Below, piece by piece: positions 9,278 to 26,089 of a stretch of 64,000 bases of DNA. The stretch's first letter is position 1. Every line of letters begins with the position of its first letter. The notes under the pieces were generated by a model. It ran no database searches. It was not told where the DNA came from and saw only the letters and a list, made by a program, of their open reading frames with translations. Source of the stretch: Candidatus Ruthia sp. Cpac_8_S14 (GTDB lineage Bacteria > Pseudomonadota > Gammaproteobacteria > PS1 > Pseudothioglobaceae); assembly GCA_021730205.1 (NCBI GenBank), contig CP072533.1, forward strand, positions 585,380 to 649,379, given 5' to 3'. The position numbers and the translations under genes were made by a program.

Positions 9278-10039
9278 TCAACAATACGTTGTATACAGTT
9301 TTCGTAAATATGCCACATCAACACAAGTTGCATTAGTTGTATTGCCTCTGATTAAACTAAAAGGCTTGTCTTTATCACCCAAATGGTCAAGCACGGCCAG
9401 CGCACCATCAAATTCATGCTTGTCTGTATATTCGTTAACCGTAATAATGGTTTTAAGTCCAGCTTGTGTTGCTGAAATAATACCATTATGTGAATCTTCA
9501 AAAGCTAAGCATTTCATGGGATCTAAGTTCATTTTCTTTAATACATAGGTATAAATATCACCAGCTGGTTTTAACTTTGACACAATATTACCAGCACCAA
9601 TCACTTCAAACCAATCTAGCGCTTCAGCTCCTAATGTATTTGCAATCAAGGCATCAACATTATCAAGGGTTGTTGTTGTGGCAATTGCCAATCTAAGATT
9701 GGCTTGTCTTGCCTCATTAAAAAGACGCTTAACACCTATTCGCAAAGGCACCGCACCTTCGTCCATCAAACGCACATAAATTTTAGTTTTTAACTGATGG
9801 ATAGAGGCAATAAAATCATCCAAATATTGATGTTCAAACGTTGAGCTGTATTTTTTTAAATAATATTTAATCCGCAATTGTCCTCCTGTCACGTTGAGTA
9901 GTTCGTGATAAACCTCATTTGACCAATGCCAATCTAAACCCAATTCTTTAAATGCCAAATTAAAGGCCTTCAAATGCCCATCACGTTCAGTATTTGCCAA
10001 AGTTCCGTCAACGTCAAAAATTAATGCTTCTAATGCCAT
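9278..10039 (-). CDS. cbbY: CbbY-like HAD hydrolase (xylulose-1,5-bisphosphate phosphatase family)
   Basis: ALIFDVDGTLANTERDGHLKAFN, VTGGQLRI, KPAGDIY, LAFEDSHNG. Confidence 0.85.
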   Translation of the reverse strand: MALEALIFDVDGTLANTERDGHLKAFNLAFKELGLDWHWSNEVYHELLNVTGGQLRIKYYLKKYSSTFEHQYLDDFIASIHQLKTKIYVRLMDEGAVPLRIGVKRLFNEARQANLRLAIATTTTLDNVDALIANTLGAEALDWFEVIGAGNIVSKLKPAGDIYTYVLKKMNLDPMKCLAFEDSHNGIISATQAGLKTIITVNEYTDKHEFDGALAVLDHLGDKDKPFSLIRGNTTNATCVDVAYLRKLYTTYC

Positions 10040-10179
10040 AAAAATTTATAATTAAAAAATAAATTGCTATTTTAAGACAGTTTAGGTATAAATACACTTT
10101 TTTTAATTAATCTAGTTATTATGTCACAACCAAACTACCAAGAAATTCCTGATTATCAACTTAAAAAAATGAAGAGTTT

Positions 10180-10530
10180 ATGAATGACACTCAACTTGAG
10201 CATTTTAAAAATAAACTAAATTCATTGAGAGATCAATTGGTTGATGATGCTGAATCAACCATCAATCATATCCAGGAAGATTCAAACCAAGTTGCTGATA
10301 TTAACGACAGAGCCACCCTTGAAGAAGAGTTTGCTTTAGAGTTGAGAACACGCGACCGTGAAAGAAAACTGATTGGCAAGATTGACAAAACTTTGCACAT
10401 TATTGAACTGGGTGATTATGGCTTTTGTAAAACCTGTGGTGCTGAAATTTCCTTAGTACGACTAGAGGCGCGCCCTACTGCTGACGAATGCATTGATTGT
10501 AAAACTATTGCAGAGAAAAAAGAAGTTTAA
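10180..10530 (+). CDS. dksA: RNA polymerase-binding transcription factor DksA
   Basis: ADINDRATLEEEFALELRTRDRERKLIGKI plus CKTC...CIDC zinc finger. Confidence 0.95.
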   Translation: MNDTQLEHFKNKLNSLRDQLVDDAESTINHIQEDSNQVADINDRATLEEEFALELRTRDRERKLIGKIDKTLHIIELGDYGFCKTCGAEISLVRLEARPTADECIDCKTIAEKKEV

Positions 10531-10542
10531 ACATATATTACA

Positions 10543-10563
10543 CGAGCAGAAAATATCTGCTCG
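10543..10563. terminator. Hairpin between convergent dksA and thiL
   Basis: cgagcaga-aaata-tctgctcg perfect 8-bp stem. Confidence 0.65.
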
Positions 10564-10567
10564 CCAA

Positions 10568-11497
10568 TTAGAAATGTTGATAAGAACAACACTGCTTATC
10601 AAAAGATCCAATCTTAGTTAACACCATAGAGTCGTTAATAATGCCAATTTGGGTAACTTTAATATCGTTCCTACTTTGTAATGCTTTTAATAAATCCATA
10701 TTTTTAACTGCTACGGTAAAACATAATTCATAATCATCACCACCTGCAAGCACCAAACACCAATCATTGGTTTTTTTAATATAAGCTTTAACTTCATTAA
10801 TCAATGGAATATCATTAAGATTAATACTTGCACCTACGTTAGAACGAGTCAAAATATGTGTTAAATCTTGTTCCAAACCATCAGAAATATCAATACAAGC
10901 ATTGGCAATGTCTGATAGTTGCTGCCCTAAAAATAGTTGTGGTTCTGGTCGATTAAATTGGTTAATAACGCACTCAGAAGGTGTTTGGTTGTTTTGTAAC
11001 TGTTTCCAAGCGTAAGCTGCGTTACCAATCGTATTAGACACAAAAATTAAATCCCCTATTTGGGCAGATGAGCGCAATAAAGCTTTGTTCTTTTCAACCA
11101 CACCAGTAACATTGATGGTGATGCTAAGTGCGCCTTTTGTGGTATCACCGCCAATCAATGCAATGCCAAATTCATCTGCTAAAGATTTAAGCGAGATAGA
11201 GAACTGACTAAGCCATTTTTTGTTGATATTTGGTAATGTTAACGCAAGTGTGAAGTATTTTGCACGTGCACCCATTGCTGCCAAATCACTTAAATTAACT
11301 GCTAGGGATTTATAAGCAATATCACTAGCACTGGTATTTGAAGGAAAATGCACACCTTCAATCAAAGTATCAACACTAGTTACTAATTGGTAATTAGCAT
11401 CTATGTTAATAACGGCACAATCATCACCGATACCCAAATTAGCTAAATTTGAACCACCCCAATTAAAATAGGCTTCAATTAAAGAAAACTCATTCAC
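10568..11497 (-). CDS. thiL: Thiamine-monophosphate kinase
   Basis: GIGDDCAV, AVNLSDLAAMGA, LIGGDTT, CIDISDGL, GGDDYELCFT. Confidence 0.97.
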   Translation of the reverse strand: MNEFSLIEAYFNWGGSNLANLGIGDDCAVINIDANYQLVTSVDTLIEGVHFPSNTSASDIAYKSLAVNLSDLAAMGARAKYFTLALTLPNINKKWLSQFSISLKSLADEFGIALIGGDTTKGALSITINVTGVVEKNKALLRSSAQIGDLIFVSNTIGNAAYAWKQLQNNQTPSECVINQFNRPEPQLFLGQQLSDIANACIDISDGLEQDLTHILTRSNVGASINLNDIPLINEVKAYIKKTNDWCLVLAGGDDYELCFTVAVKNMDLLKALQSRNDIKVTQIGIINDSMVLTKIGSFDKQCCSYQHF

Positions 11498-12012
11498 TAA
11501 CTTTGTGGATATTTTTGTGCCAGTTTTTGATCAACTTCACCACGACCCGCATTAAACATTGAGCCAGAGCCCAACACAACAGATACTAAAATACAAAAAA
11601 ATAATGGCACCACACCTAACAAACTTAGAATTGAATCAATAATTCTTGTACCATCCATGCTTGCAGGTGCATCGTTTAAAATAATCAACGTTAGCGAAGT
11701 AACTAAAAAATAAAAAATATAAGCACCAATTAGTAATCTGTAACGATTAAGTGAAAGCTGCCAGTGTAAATAAACCAGATACGGGTCGTTGCTTTTGGCT
11801 TTTTTAGTCCGAAAATAAGTATAGATGATGATTATGAAGGAAATTAAAATAGACAAACCAATTGCACTGCTCATATCAGTATTTAACAATTTAATCAAAC
11901 CTAAGGTAAGAAATAAATGGACAATAACTGTATTAATAGTGAACAATTCGTGCGCTACTTTAGCGTCTCTACGTTCTTTAGCGCTGGCATCAATAGTAAT
12001 AATCATAACCAC
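11497..12012 (-). CDS. Hypothetical integral membrane protein
   Basis: 171 aa with about four hydrophobic segments; translationally coupled to thiL. Confidence 0.7.
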   Translation of the reverse strand: MVMIITIDASAKERRDAKVAHELFTINTVIVHLFLTLGLIKLLNTDMSSAIGLSILISFIIIIYTYFRTKKAKSNDPYLVYLHWQLSLNRYRLLIGAYIFYFLVTSLTLIILNDAPASMDGTRIIDSILSLLGVVPLFFCILVSVVLGSGSMFNAGRGEVDQKLAQKYPQS

Positions 12013-12053
12013 TAAGTTTACAGCATATTATCTCAAACCTAGCAGAGTGTTAC

Positions 12054-12632
12054 TTACATATAAGCGTTATCAGTATTGGAGTGGTCTGTTACATCACGTA
12101 CTGATTTAATCTCTGAAAAATGCGCTTTAAGCTGTGCTTCAACACCTTGTTTTAAAGTGGATTTAACCGATGAACAGCCCTGACAACCGCCACCAAAATT
12201 AAGAATAACGTCCATCTGCTTAGTAATCTCAACCAGTTCAACAAAACCACCATGAGAGGCAAGTCCGGGGCTGATATCAGCAGCAATAACGTATTTGATT
12301 TTCTCTTCAAGAGGTGCATCTTCTTTTGGCTCTTCGCCTTTAGCATTAGGCGCAGTGATTGTTAATTTCTTGCCAGTACCTGCATCTTTTAATGTTACTT
12401 CTGAGTCTCTCAAATATTCAAAATTTAGCTCATCAATATAAGCATAAAACCCTTTATATTCAAATTTTTGATACGTTTTACTTAACTCTTTAGGAAAGCA
12501 AAAATTAAAAGTGATGGCGGCGGTAGGTGTGCCAGATTTTTCAACATCTACCTTTAAGCCAAGGTCTTTTTCATCTTGTTGGGCAAATAAGTCAGCCACG
12601 TAAACTCTTGCTTCGTCAGTAATACTAAACAT
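12054..12632 (-). CDS. nfuA: Fe-S cluster carrier NfuA
   Basis: PGLASHGGFVELVE...FGGGCQGC NifU-C domain with an N-terminal degenerate A-type domain. Confidence 0.93.
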   Translation of the reverse strand: MFSITDEARVYVADLFAQQDEKDLGLKVDVEKSGTPTAAITFNFCFPKELSKTYQKFEYKGFYAYIDELNFEYLRDSEVTLKDAGTGKKLTITAPNAKGEEPKEDAPLEEKIKYVIAADISPGLASHGGFVELVEITKQMDVILNFGGGCQGCSSVKSTLKQGVEAQLKAHFSEIKSVRDVTDHSNTDNAYM

Positions 12633-12634
12633 GG

Positions 12635-13471
12635 TTATCCTTTTTTAAAAATTATATTGTCAATGAGTCGTACAGAACTTAACAACACTGCAGATAATAT
12701 AATAATTTGATGTGTATTACCAGTAATTTGTCTAAGGGTATTCGCATCTAACACCTCAAGATAGTCCAATTTAAAGTGTTTCTTTAAGTCAAATTCTGCC
12801 AATTTTTTTAACGCATCAATTTTTTTATTTTGTAAAATTTCACACTTAAGATAAAATAAAATTTTGTACAAATTAGTGGCAATCTTAGCCTCATTTTCAG
12901 ATAAATACTGATTTCGAGTACTCATTGCCAAGCCGCTTTTTTCTCTAATGATTTCACCAGATTTTATACATATATCCAATGACAAACTTTTGACCATTTG
13001 TTTAATAACCAATAACTGCTGATAATCTTTTTGACCAAAAACTGCAACATCAGGGCGTACAATCCCAAATAATATTTCCACAATCTGCGCCACTCCATTA
13101 AAAAAATGCGGGCGTGTTTTACCACATAAAATTTTCCCAATCTTACCAACATCAATATGTTTGCCGATGCCATTAGGATAAATTTGTTTAACATTTGGAA
13201 TAAAAACACCATCAACATTTGTCTCTAATGCTATTAAATCAGCATTAAGCGTGCGTGGATAACTATCTAAATCTTCATTTTTACCAAATTGAGCTGGATT
13301 AACAAAAATACTAACAATAACTTTATCTGCTTTTTGTTTAGCAATATCAATTAATGATAAATGCCCTTGGTGCAAACCACCCATCGTAGGAACAAATGCA
13401 ACAATTTTCCCCTGCGCGTGCCAGTCGTTAACCAGTTTAGTTATTTGAGTATTTTTATGACACAGCTGCAT
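12635..13471 (-). CDS. panC: Pantoate-beta-alanine ligase
   Basis: VPTMGGLHQGH, SIFVNPAQF, RPHFFNGV, FGQKDYQQ, GLAMSTRN, VRLIDN. Confidence 0.97.
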   Translation of the reverse strand: MQLCHKNTQITKLVNDWHAQGKIVAFVPTMGGLHQGHLSLIDIAKQKADKVIVSIFVNPAQFGKNEDLDSYPRTLNADLIALETNVDGVFIPNVKQIYPNGIGKHIDVGKIGKILCGKTRPHFFNGVAQIVEILFGIVRPDVAVFGQKDYQQLLVIKQMVKSLSLDICIKSGEIIREKSGLAMSTRNQYLSENEAKIATNLYKILFYLKCEILQNKKIDALKKLAEFDLKKHFKLDYLEVLDANTLRQITGNTHQIIILSAVLLSSVRLIDNIIFKKG

Positions 13472-14253
13472 TAATAACTGTGTTGTCTACTTGGAAAGGA
13501 CTTGTCTTTTACCGCCTTGATAAAAGCACTCACAGCAGACTTTACATCACCATTATTAATCAAGAAATTTTTAACAAATTTTGGCACGTGTCCTACATGA
13601 ATACCCAACATATCATGGCTCACCAATACTTGCCCATCACAATTCACACCAGCACCTATACCAATAGTAGGAATACTTAAAGATTGTGACACTTGTTTAG
13701 CCAGTTCAGCAGGGATGCATTCTAGCACGATTGCTTTAACACTCCAAGATGCCAAAGCCAAAGCATCTTTAGTAATTTTATCAGCGCTTTGCCTATCCCT
13801 ACCTTGCACTTTATAGCCACCCATTTCTATTACCGATTGTGGTTGCAAACCTAAGTGCCCACAAACAGGAATGTCATTATCTTGCAAAATTTTAAAAGAC
13901 GCTTCATGTTCACATCCGCCTTCAAGTTTTACCATTTGTGCACCTGCCATTATTAAACGCTTGGCGTTTGTTAAAGTTTGTTTAGTATTGGTATAACTTT
14001 GATAAGGCATGTCTACAATTCTTAATGTATTTTGCGTGCCCTTGGCAACCGCTTGTGCATGGTAAATCATGTCATCCATGCTTACACCTAATGTATTTTC
14101 ACAACCTTGAATAACACTACCGAGCGAGTCTCCTATTAAAATAATATCAATACCACACGTATCAAAAACTGATGCAAATGAAGCGTCATAAGCAGTTAAG
14201 CAAACAATTTTCTCGCCAGACTGTTTAAAAGTCTTTAGCGCTTCAATGTTCAT
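13471..14253 (-). CDS. panB: 3-methyl-2-oxobutanoate hydroxymethyltransferase
   Basis: LTAYDASFA, IGDSLG, VKLEGG, GHLGLQPQSV, IGIGAG. Confidence 0.97.
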   Translation of the reverse strand: MNIEALKTFKQSGEKIVCLTAYDASFASVFDTCGIDIILIGDSLGSVIQGCENTLGVSMDDMIYHAQAVAKGTQNTLRIVDMPYQSYTNTKQTLTNAKRLIMAGAQMVKLEGGCEHEASFKILQDNDIPVCGHLGLQPQSVIEMGGYKVQGRDRQSADKITKDALALASWSVKAIVLECIPAELAKQVSQSLSIPTIGIGAGVNCDGQVLVSHDMLGIHVGHVPKFVKNFLINNGDVKSAVSAFIKAVKDKSFPSRQHSY

Positions 14254-14716
14254 AATTTAACCAATTTAGTGATGTCTAGTTTAGCAATCAAATCTTGAAT
14301 GGGTCCTAAAACTGGCACCTTCAAATTAGGCTCTAATTCTGCTAGTGGCACTAACACAAACGCTCTATTCATTATTTGTGGATGTGGAACAATCAATTGT
14401 TTAGAAGCAATCACTTGCACACCATAAATAATAATATCCAAGTCAATCGTTCTTGCGCCCCGTTTTTTCTCGCGTACGCGATGCTGTTTAGTCTCAATAT
14501 CTTGACAAATATACAACAATTCTAATGCAGTTAAATGCGTATCAACTTGACACATGGCATTGATATAATCAGGTTGCTTTGAATTGTCAATCGGCTTGGA
14601 TTGATATAAACTTGATAAACTCACCACCTTAACATCTTTAGTAGAATTGAGTAGAATCAACGCATTTTTAATTTGTTTTTTAGGGTGGTTAAGATTCGAC
14701 CCTAATCCAATATATG

Positions 14717-14723
<7 letters not shown>
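14250..14723 (-). CDS. folK: 2-amino-4-hydroxy-6-hydroxymethyldihydropteridine diphosphokinase
   Basis: YIGLGSNL, RTIDLDII, VPHP, RAFVLVPL. Confidence 0.95.
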
Positions 14724-17798
<3,075 letters not shown>

Positions 17799-18014
17799 TT
17801 TTAAATTTACAATATAAAAAATAAGTTGTTGCAATACAAAAGACAATGAAAAACAGTAATATTACTGTTCTAACATTACTGAAAGCGCCTACATAGAAGC
17901 TATAAAACAAGGAAAAGCAAATGTCTTAAAAAGATTTGTTGTGTTTCAAACCAAGCACAATCGCTGTCATTGCAAAAATCTGAGTCCTTCGGGTCAATAC
18001 TGTTTAAAAAAAAT

Positions 18015-20911
<2,897 letters not shown>

Positions 20912-20946
20912 GAATATTATATACCTTAATTTTTTGAGAAGTCATT

Positions 20947-21684
20947 ATGGAAAATAAATCATTATTTAGCTCAATTTTTTTAACAATCGCTCTGCTTGTT
21001 GGTTATTTTATCCACAATAACCAAGTTATTAAACTTAACAATGAAATCAGTAATCTTGCACAAGAATACAACACCAAACTGACAGCACTTCAACCTAACA
21101 ATGCTAAGCAAGTTGTAAAATCTTTTACCGCCACAGGCAGTACAGATGCACTGGAAAGTCTCAATAACCAACTAATCAGAACGCGTTCAGAATTAAAAAA
21201 AGCACAAGATAAACTTTCATTGGCAACCAGTAAAGGCTATGTCTTAAATGATGAAATTTTACAAACAAATGATGCAAGAGTCAAGGTAAAAACCTTAAAA
21301 AGTTCACTAACTTCAATTCAAGAAAAATTACAAATCTCTGATGAAAGGCTTAAATATTTAAAAAGTATCTTTGAAGAGCAAAATAAAAACACAGTCACAA
21401 AAAACATTACCCGCATTAAAAAATTAAAAGAAACCTCAGCAGGCATTGCTATAACAGGGCTTATTGTGCCTGTTATTGGTGTGGCAACCTTAATCTCTTA
21501 CACTGCTGAAGAAGTACAAAACTACTGTGATGATATTAAAAATATCATGGACTTAGAATACAAAGTATTTGGCAAAGTTGTTTCATTAGATAACGATATG
21601 CAAACAAGTTATCATCAACAATGCATGTTAAGTCTTAAAGATAAAATTAAGCAAGGTTTTCAGGAAGTATTAACTGCTGAGTAA
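20947..21684 (+). CDS. Hypothetical membrane-anchored coiled-coil protein
   Basis: N-terminal hydrophobic helix, long heptad-rich region, second hydrophobic segment near aa 165-185; ORF intact. Confidence 0.7.
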   Translation: MENKSLFSSIFLTIALLVGYFIHNNQVIKLNNEISNLAQEYNTKLTALQPNNAKQVVKSFTATGSTDALESLNNQLIRTRSELKKAQDKLSLATSKGYVLNDEILQTNDARVKVKTLKSSLTSIQEKLQISDERLKYLKSIFEEQNKNTVTKNITRIKKLKETSAGIAITGLIVPVIGVATLISYTAEEVQNYCDDIKNIMDLEYKVFGKVVSLDNDMQTSYHQQCMLSLKDKIKQGFQEVLTAE

Positions 21685-21695
21685 TGCCATTCATA

Positions 21696-21747
21696 AAAAA
21701 TAACAACACTAAGTAATTAGTGGTATTTAGTGTTGTTATTTTTTTAA
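21696..21747. terminator. Bidirectional terminator between convergent genes
   Basis: aaaaaataacaacactaa...ttagtgttgttattttt long inverted repeat with A/T tails. Confidence 0.85.
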
Positions 21748-21750
21748 ACC

Positions 21751-23664
21751 TTAAACGACTCTATTTTTAATCAAATCTTCAACGACTTTTGGTTCTGCCA
21801 AGGTTGAAGTATCGCCCAAATTATCATAATCATTTTGTGCAATTTTTCTTAAAATTCTACGCATAATTTTACCACTGCGCGTTTTTGGCAAACCTGATGC
21901 AAATTGAATTTTATCCACCGTAGCAATAGGTCCAATTTCACGGCGTACTAATTTGACCAATTCAGCTTTAAACTCATCCGTTAGTTCAACATCATTCATA
22001 GTTGATACATAAGCATAAATACCCTGGCCTTTAATATCGTGAGGATAGCCTACCACTGCAGCCTCTGAAACACCATCATGCAAAACCAGTGCAGATTCAA
22101 TCTCTGCTGTACCTAAGCGATGTCCGGAAATATTAAGTACATCATCTACGCGTCCAGTAATCCAATAATAACCATCAGCATCGCGCCTAACACCATCACC
22201 CGTAAAGTACTTGCCTGGGAAAGTGGAAAAATAAGTTTCCATAAAACGCTGATGATTGTTATACAAAGTGCGCATTTGCCCTGGCCAAGACCTTGCTAGT
22301 ACTAAAATACCCTCGGTTTCACCTGTTAATATTTCACCTTTCTCATTCACAACTTGTGGCTCGATACCAAAAAACGGCTTGCTGGCTGACCCAGGCTTAA
22401 GTGCGGTTGCATAAGGCAAAGGTGTAATCATATGACCACCTGTTTCTGTTTGCCACCAAGTATCAACAATAGGACACTTGCCTTTTCCAATAGTGTGATA
22501 ATACCATTCCCACGCTTCAGGGTTAATAGGCTCGCCAACCGTGCCCAAAATACATAAACTTGAACGTGAGGTATTAGTAACATTTTTATCGCCAGCACCC
22601 ATTAGTGCGCGAATTGCTGTCGGTGCAGTGTAAAAACTATTGACTTGATGTTTATCAATAATTTGCCAAAAACGTGAGGCGTCAGGATAGGTTGGAATGC
22701 CTTCAAACATTAATGTAGTTGCGCCATTTGCAAGTGGTCCATAAATAATGTAGGAATGTCCTGTTACCCAACCAACATCTGCTGTACACCAATACACATC
22801 GCCTTCTTGATAATCAAAAACATATTGATGCGTCATCGCAGCATAAAGCAAATAACCACCTGAGGTATGCAATACGCCTTTGGGTTTCCCAGTGGAACCA
22901 GAAGTGTAAAGAATGAACAGCGGTGTTTCAGCATCAAATGACTCACACGGACATTCGGCTGAAACATCAGCAACTAAATCATGGTACCAAACATCTCTAT
23001 CGTTCCAATTAACATCACCACCTGTACGCTTTACCACAATCACTCTATCAACACAATCGCACTCGCTAACTGCTTGATCAACATTTGCCTTTAGTGCAGT
23101 GGCTCTACCGCTGCGCATGCCTTCATCAGCGGTGATAACAATCTTACACTCAGAGTCTAGAATTCTATCTTTTAATGCTTCTGGTGAAAAGCCACCAAAT
23201 ACCACAGAGTGAATAGCACCAATACGAGCACAAGCCAACATAGCGTAACCTGCTTGTAAAATCATCGGCATATAAATACAAACTCGATCGCCTTTTTCAA
23301 TCCCTAATGCTTTAAGAGCATTGCTAAGTTTTGCCACCTCGTCATGGAGTTGTTGATAAGTAATATATTGATTTACCTCAGGATCATCACTTTCCCAAAT
23401 AATAGCTGTTTGATTTGCACGCTTTGGTAAGTGTCTATCAATGCAGTTGTAAGTAACATTTAACTCGCCACCCTTAAACCACTCAATTTGACCTTTTGTA
23501 TAATCAACATTGGAGACTTGCGTCCAATCCTTATCCCAGTCTAGGAGTACTTTGGCTTGTTGCGTCCAAAATGAATCACTATCATCAATTGAATTTTGAT
23601 ACATTAATTCATAAGTTGCTTCATCACATACGGGTGGCTTACTAGGTTTAATAATTGGATACAT
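21751..23664 (-). CDS. acs: Acetyl-CoA synthetase
   Basis: [53 protein letters not shown]. Confidence 0.98.
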   Translation of the reverse strand: MYPIIKPSKPPVCDEATYELMYQNSIDDSDSFWTQQAKVLLDWDKDWTQVSNVDYTKGQIEWFKGGELNVTYNCIDRHLPKRANQTAIIWESDDPEVNQYITYQQLHDEVAKLSNALKALGIEKGDRVCIYMPMILQAGYAMLACARIGAIHSVVFGGFSPEALKDRILDSECKIVITADEGMRSGRATALKANVDQAVSECDCVDRVIVVKRTGGDVNWNDRDVWYHDLVADVSAECPCESFDAETPLFILYTSGSTGKPKGVLHTSGGYLLYAAMTHQYVFDYQEGDVYWCTADVGWVTGHSYIIYGPLANGATTLMFEGIPTYPDASRFWQIIDKHQVNSFYTAPTAIRALMGAGDKNVTNTSRSSLCILGTVGEPINPEAWEWYYHTIGKGKCPIVDTWWQTETGGHMITPLPYATALKPGSASKPFFGIEPQVVNEKGEILTGETEGILVLARSWPGQMRTLYNNHQRFMETYFSTFPGKYFTGDGVRRDADGYYWITGRVDDVLNISGHRLGTAEIESALVLHDGVSEAAVVGYPHDIKGQGIYAYVSTMNDVELTDEFKAELVKLVRREIGPIATVDKIQFASGLPKTRSGKIMRRILRKIAQNDYDNLGDTSTLAEPKVVEDLIKNRVV

Positions 23665-23767
23665 AGTGATTGATTTAAGAAGTAAAAAATTTTAATCATA
23701 CCTAGAAAATTATGTTTAGACATATCATTTCTAGATAATCAATTCGCCCAATTTAATGGTGTCAATA

Positions 23768-24403
23768 TTACCCATATAAGCCACTTGGGCTAAAAAACAA
23801 CTCTGCTGTTGAAAATGGCGTCTTGCATGGCATATGGGCTTTATAATAAGGCAAGTTGTATTGATTTCTAAGTGAAAACAATCTTAAATTCTCGGCATTA
23901 ATACGGGTTTGATTAACGGTGCGTTTTCTGGTTTCAATTTTTGAAGTATCTACTATTCTCATTGGTAAATTGCCAACACGCTTCATTAATAAAACTTTTT
24001 TTCAAAATTATTAAAGTGTACAACAAAAACTTAGTTTGTCATTGCTTGAAATAAATCAGTCATCATATGAGAGAGCGTTAACCCTTTAGAAACCTCATCA
24101 TCAGTGAGTTGATGAATACCAACATTTTGCTCAGTTAATAAACGTTTAGGCTTGACCAAAATATGAGTACTGTCTTTTAAAGATAGATGCAAACCCTTAA
24201 TCAAACCCTACTCCATTAACAATTCTATCTTGTTTAGCCGCTCAATCCTGTGGTTTCAAAATCAAGCACTAAAAATTCAATATCTTTAACTAGTGTTCGC
24301 TTGCTAATAAAAGGGTAAAATAAATAATGTTAGATGATTCATCATTTTTGAGCAAATATTAGCGGTATTTTTCTGGAAAAAGACGATAAACCTTTTCAAT
24401 CAT
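23768..24403 (-). pseudogene. DEDDh 3'-5' exonuclease (Pol III epsilon-like, acs-cluster type)
   Basis: LVLDFETTG, VGIHQLTDDEVSKG and LRNQYNLPYYKAH in broken frames. Confidence 0.75.
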
Positions 24404-24404
24404 A

Positions 24405-25200
24405 TCATAGTAAAGCAGTTTTATATTGAGAAGCCATCGCGCTTTGCATTTGTTTCACAATATGAAAAACATCTTTCAAATGTTTTTTATCCAATGAAGA
24501 CATCTCTTCAGACAGTACATAATTATTCATATCACGTCCCTCTTTAATTTGACGCACCTGGTGTTTTAATACGCACAAAATTAATAAACTTATACGCTTC
24601 AATTGAATCTCAACCGCTGAACCACTCAAGCCCTTTTGGTCAATTAGCTCTCTAAGCTCATCCTGCGTATTTAACTGCAGATATCGCTGATGACAAAGCA
24701 TAAACCCGAGTAAAATCAATAATCGGCGCAACGCCATTTTGTTTTTAAATTGAATGCTTTATGATTGAGCCCATTTTTATCTAAAATAAAATGACGAAAA
24801 AATCCTAGTGGTGATTGGTAATACTGTGCATTACTAGCCATATAAGATTGAAAAATGGTGTTTTCTTGAGTTTTATCCAACATGCCAGATAATAAAAGAA
24901 GAATCATCATATAATACATTCATATTAAAGCTTTAGATTTAGGCGATTCAATTCATTGATTAAAATCAAATTGCCCGCTTTCCCAGCGACAATTGGGTTT
25001 AACTAGCATTTTATACAACTCACTCTATTGAGCAAATAATCAACCGAAAAATAACTGATAATTACCAAAATCGGCGCAACAATCATGCTGGTAATAACGT
25101 GTTTATTTTTAAAAAAATAATGACACTAAAAAGTGCTGGTAACTGTTTATTTTAGCATGCTTAAAAAGACAAGGATTGGTATTTCTTGAATAACAGTATT
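24405..25200 (-). pseudogene. DUF294 nucleotidyltransferase-like protein, C-terminal part
   Basis: YMASNAQYYQSPLGFFRHFILDK...NLK and LKHQVRQIKEGRDMNNYV..EEMSSLDKKHLKDVFHIVKQMQ match the DUF294_C pattern. Extent above 24920 is approximate. Confidence 0.75.
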
Positions 25201-25266
25201 TATCATTTTCTTTAAAGGAATAAAATACTCAGCATTACTGGGCATTTTAAACAAACTTAAATAGTA

Positions 25267-25510
25267 TTAATTATGAGAGGGAACACGAATGTTCTCAATC
25301 ATTTCTTCAACTTCTTTAGGTGCTGGTGCTGTACGACTCATTACAAGAAAGGCAACCGAAAATTAACTGCTTTGTCACCCGTATATTGGATTAAACTATC
25401 GTATTTTTATCCTCAAACTTTAACAAACCTGTTTTTTTCCCAATTCTTAAACCAAGAAGGACAAATCAGTATAAGCCAAGTTTTGTGCTTGATCTGGCTG
25501 ATCAATGACA
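25267..25510 (-). pseudogene. C-terminal remnant of a sodium:solute symporter (ActP/VC_2705-like)
   Basis: VNF-VAFLVMSRTAPAPKEVEEMIENIRVP is the conserved tail of acs-linked symporters; the rest is deleted. Confidence 0.6.
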
Positions 25511-25686
25511 GTCATTAAGTTTAATCTTACTATACCCTCTCCCTTTTTTTTATTAAAGCCAAATAGATTAAAAACGCATAATACAACAATAAAGAAACAC
25601 TTGTTAACTATCATATGTTGCTAATAGATAACAAGTGTTTTTAGACATGACGCAAGTGCGTCATTTTTTAAATAATTAAATGTTAA

Positions 25687-26019
25687 TTACTGCTCAATTT
25701 CTGTCATCTCATCAGCAACTTCATCAACCACTGCTATTGATAATTCATCTTCAATTTCAGACATCTTTGCGCTATCCACTACTTTTTGCTGTGCTGATAA
25801 TTGCTCTTCTACTTCATAAGTTTCACTTAAAATTGAAGCATCAATAAGCCCTGCCTCAATCTCTCTTAATGCCACTACTGTTGGCTTGTCTTTGCCTGCA
25901 TCTAATAGTGATTTATAACCACCAGAACTTAATTGATGTGCACGCTTTGCTGCAACCAATACCAACTCAAAGCGATTTTCTACATGTTCTAAACATTCTT
26001 CAACTGTTACTCTTGCCAT
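25687..26019 (-). CDS. rpoZ: RNA polymerase omega subunit with an acidic C-terminal extension
   Basis: [38 protein letters not shown]. Confidence 0.96.
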   Translation of the reverse strand: MARVTVEECLEHVENRFELVLVAAKRAHQLSSGGYKSLLDAGKDKPTVVALREIEAGLIDASILSETYEVEEQLSAQQKVVDSAKMSEIEDELSIAVVDEVADEMTEIEQ

Positions 26020-26089
26020 AATATTTACAATTTTACTATATGATAAAATCGGACAATTTTACACGAAAAATAAATTCAAGGAATATTCG

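Noticed and set aside
17852-17869. LexA box
   Set aside because: The half-sites are ACAG...CTGT, the reverse of the CTGT-N8-ACAG consensus, and the site is not upstream of a gene.
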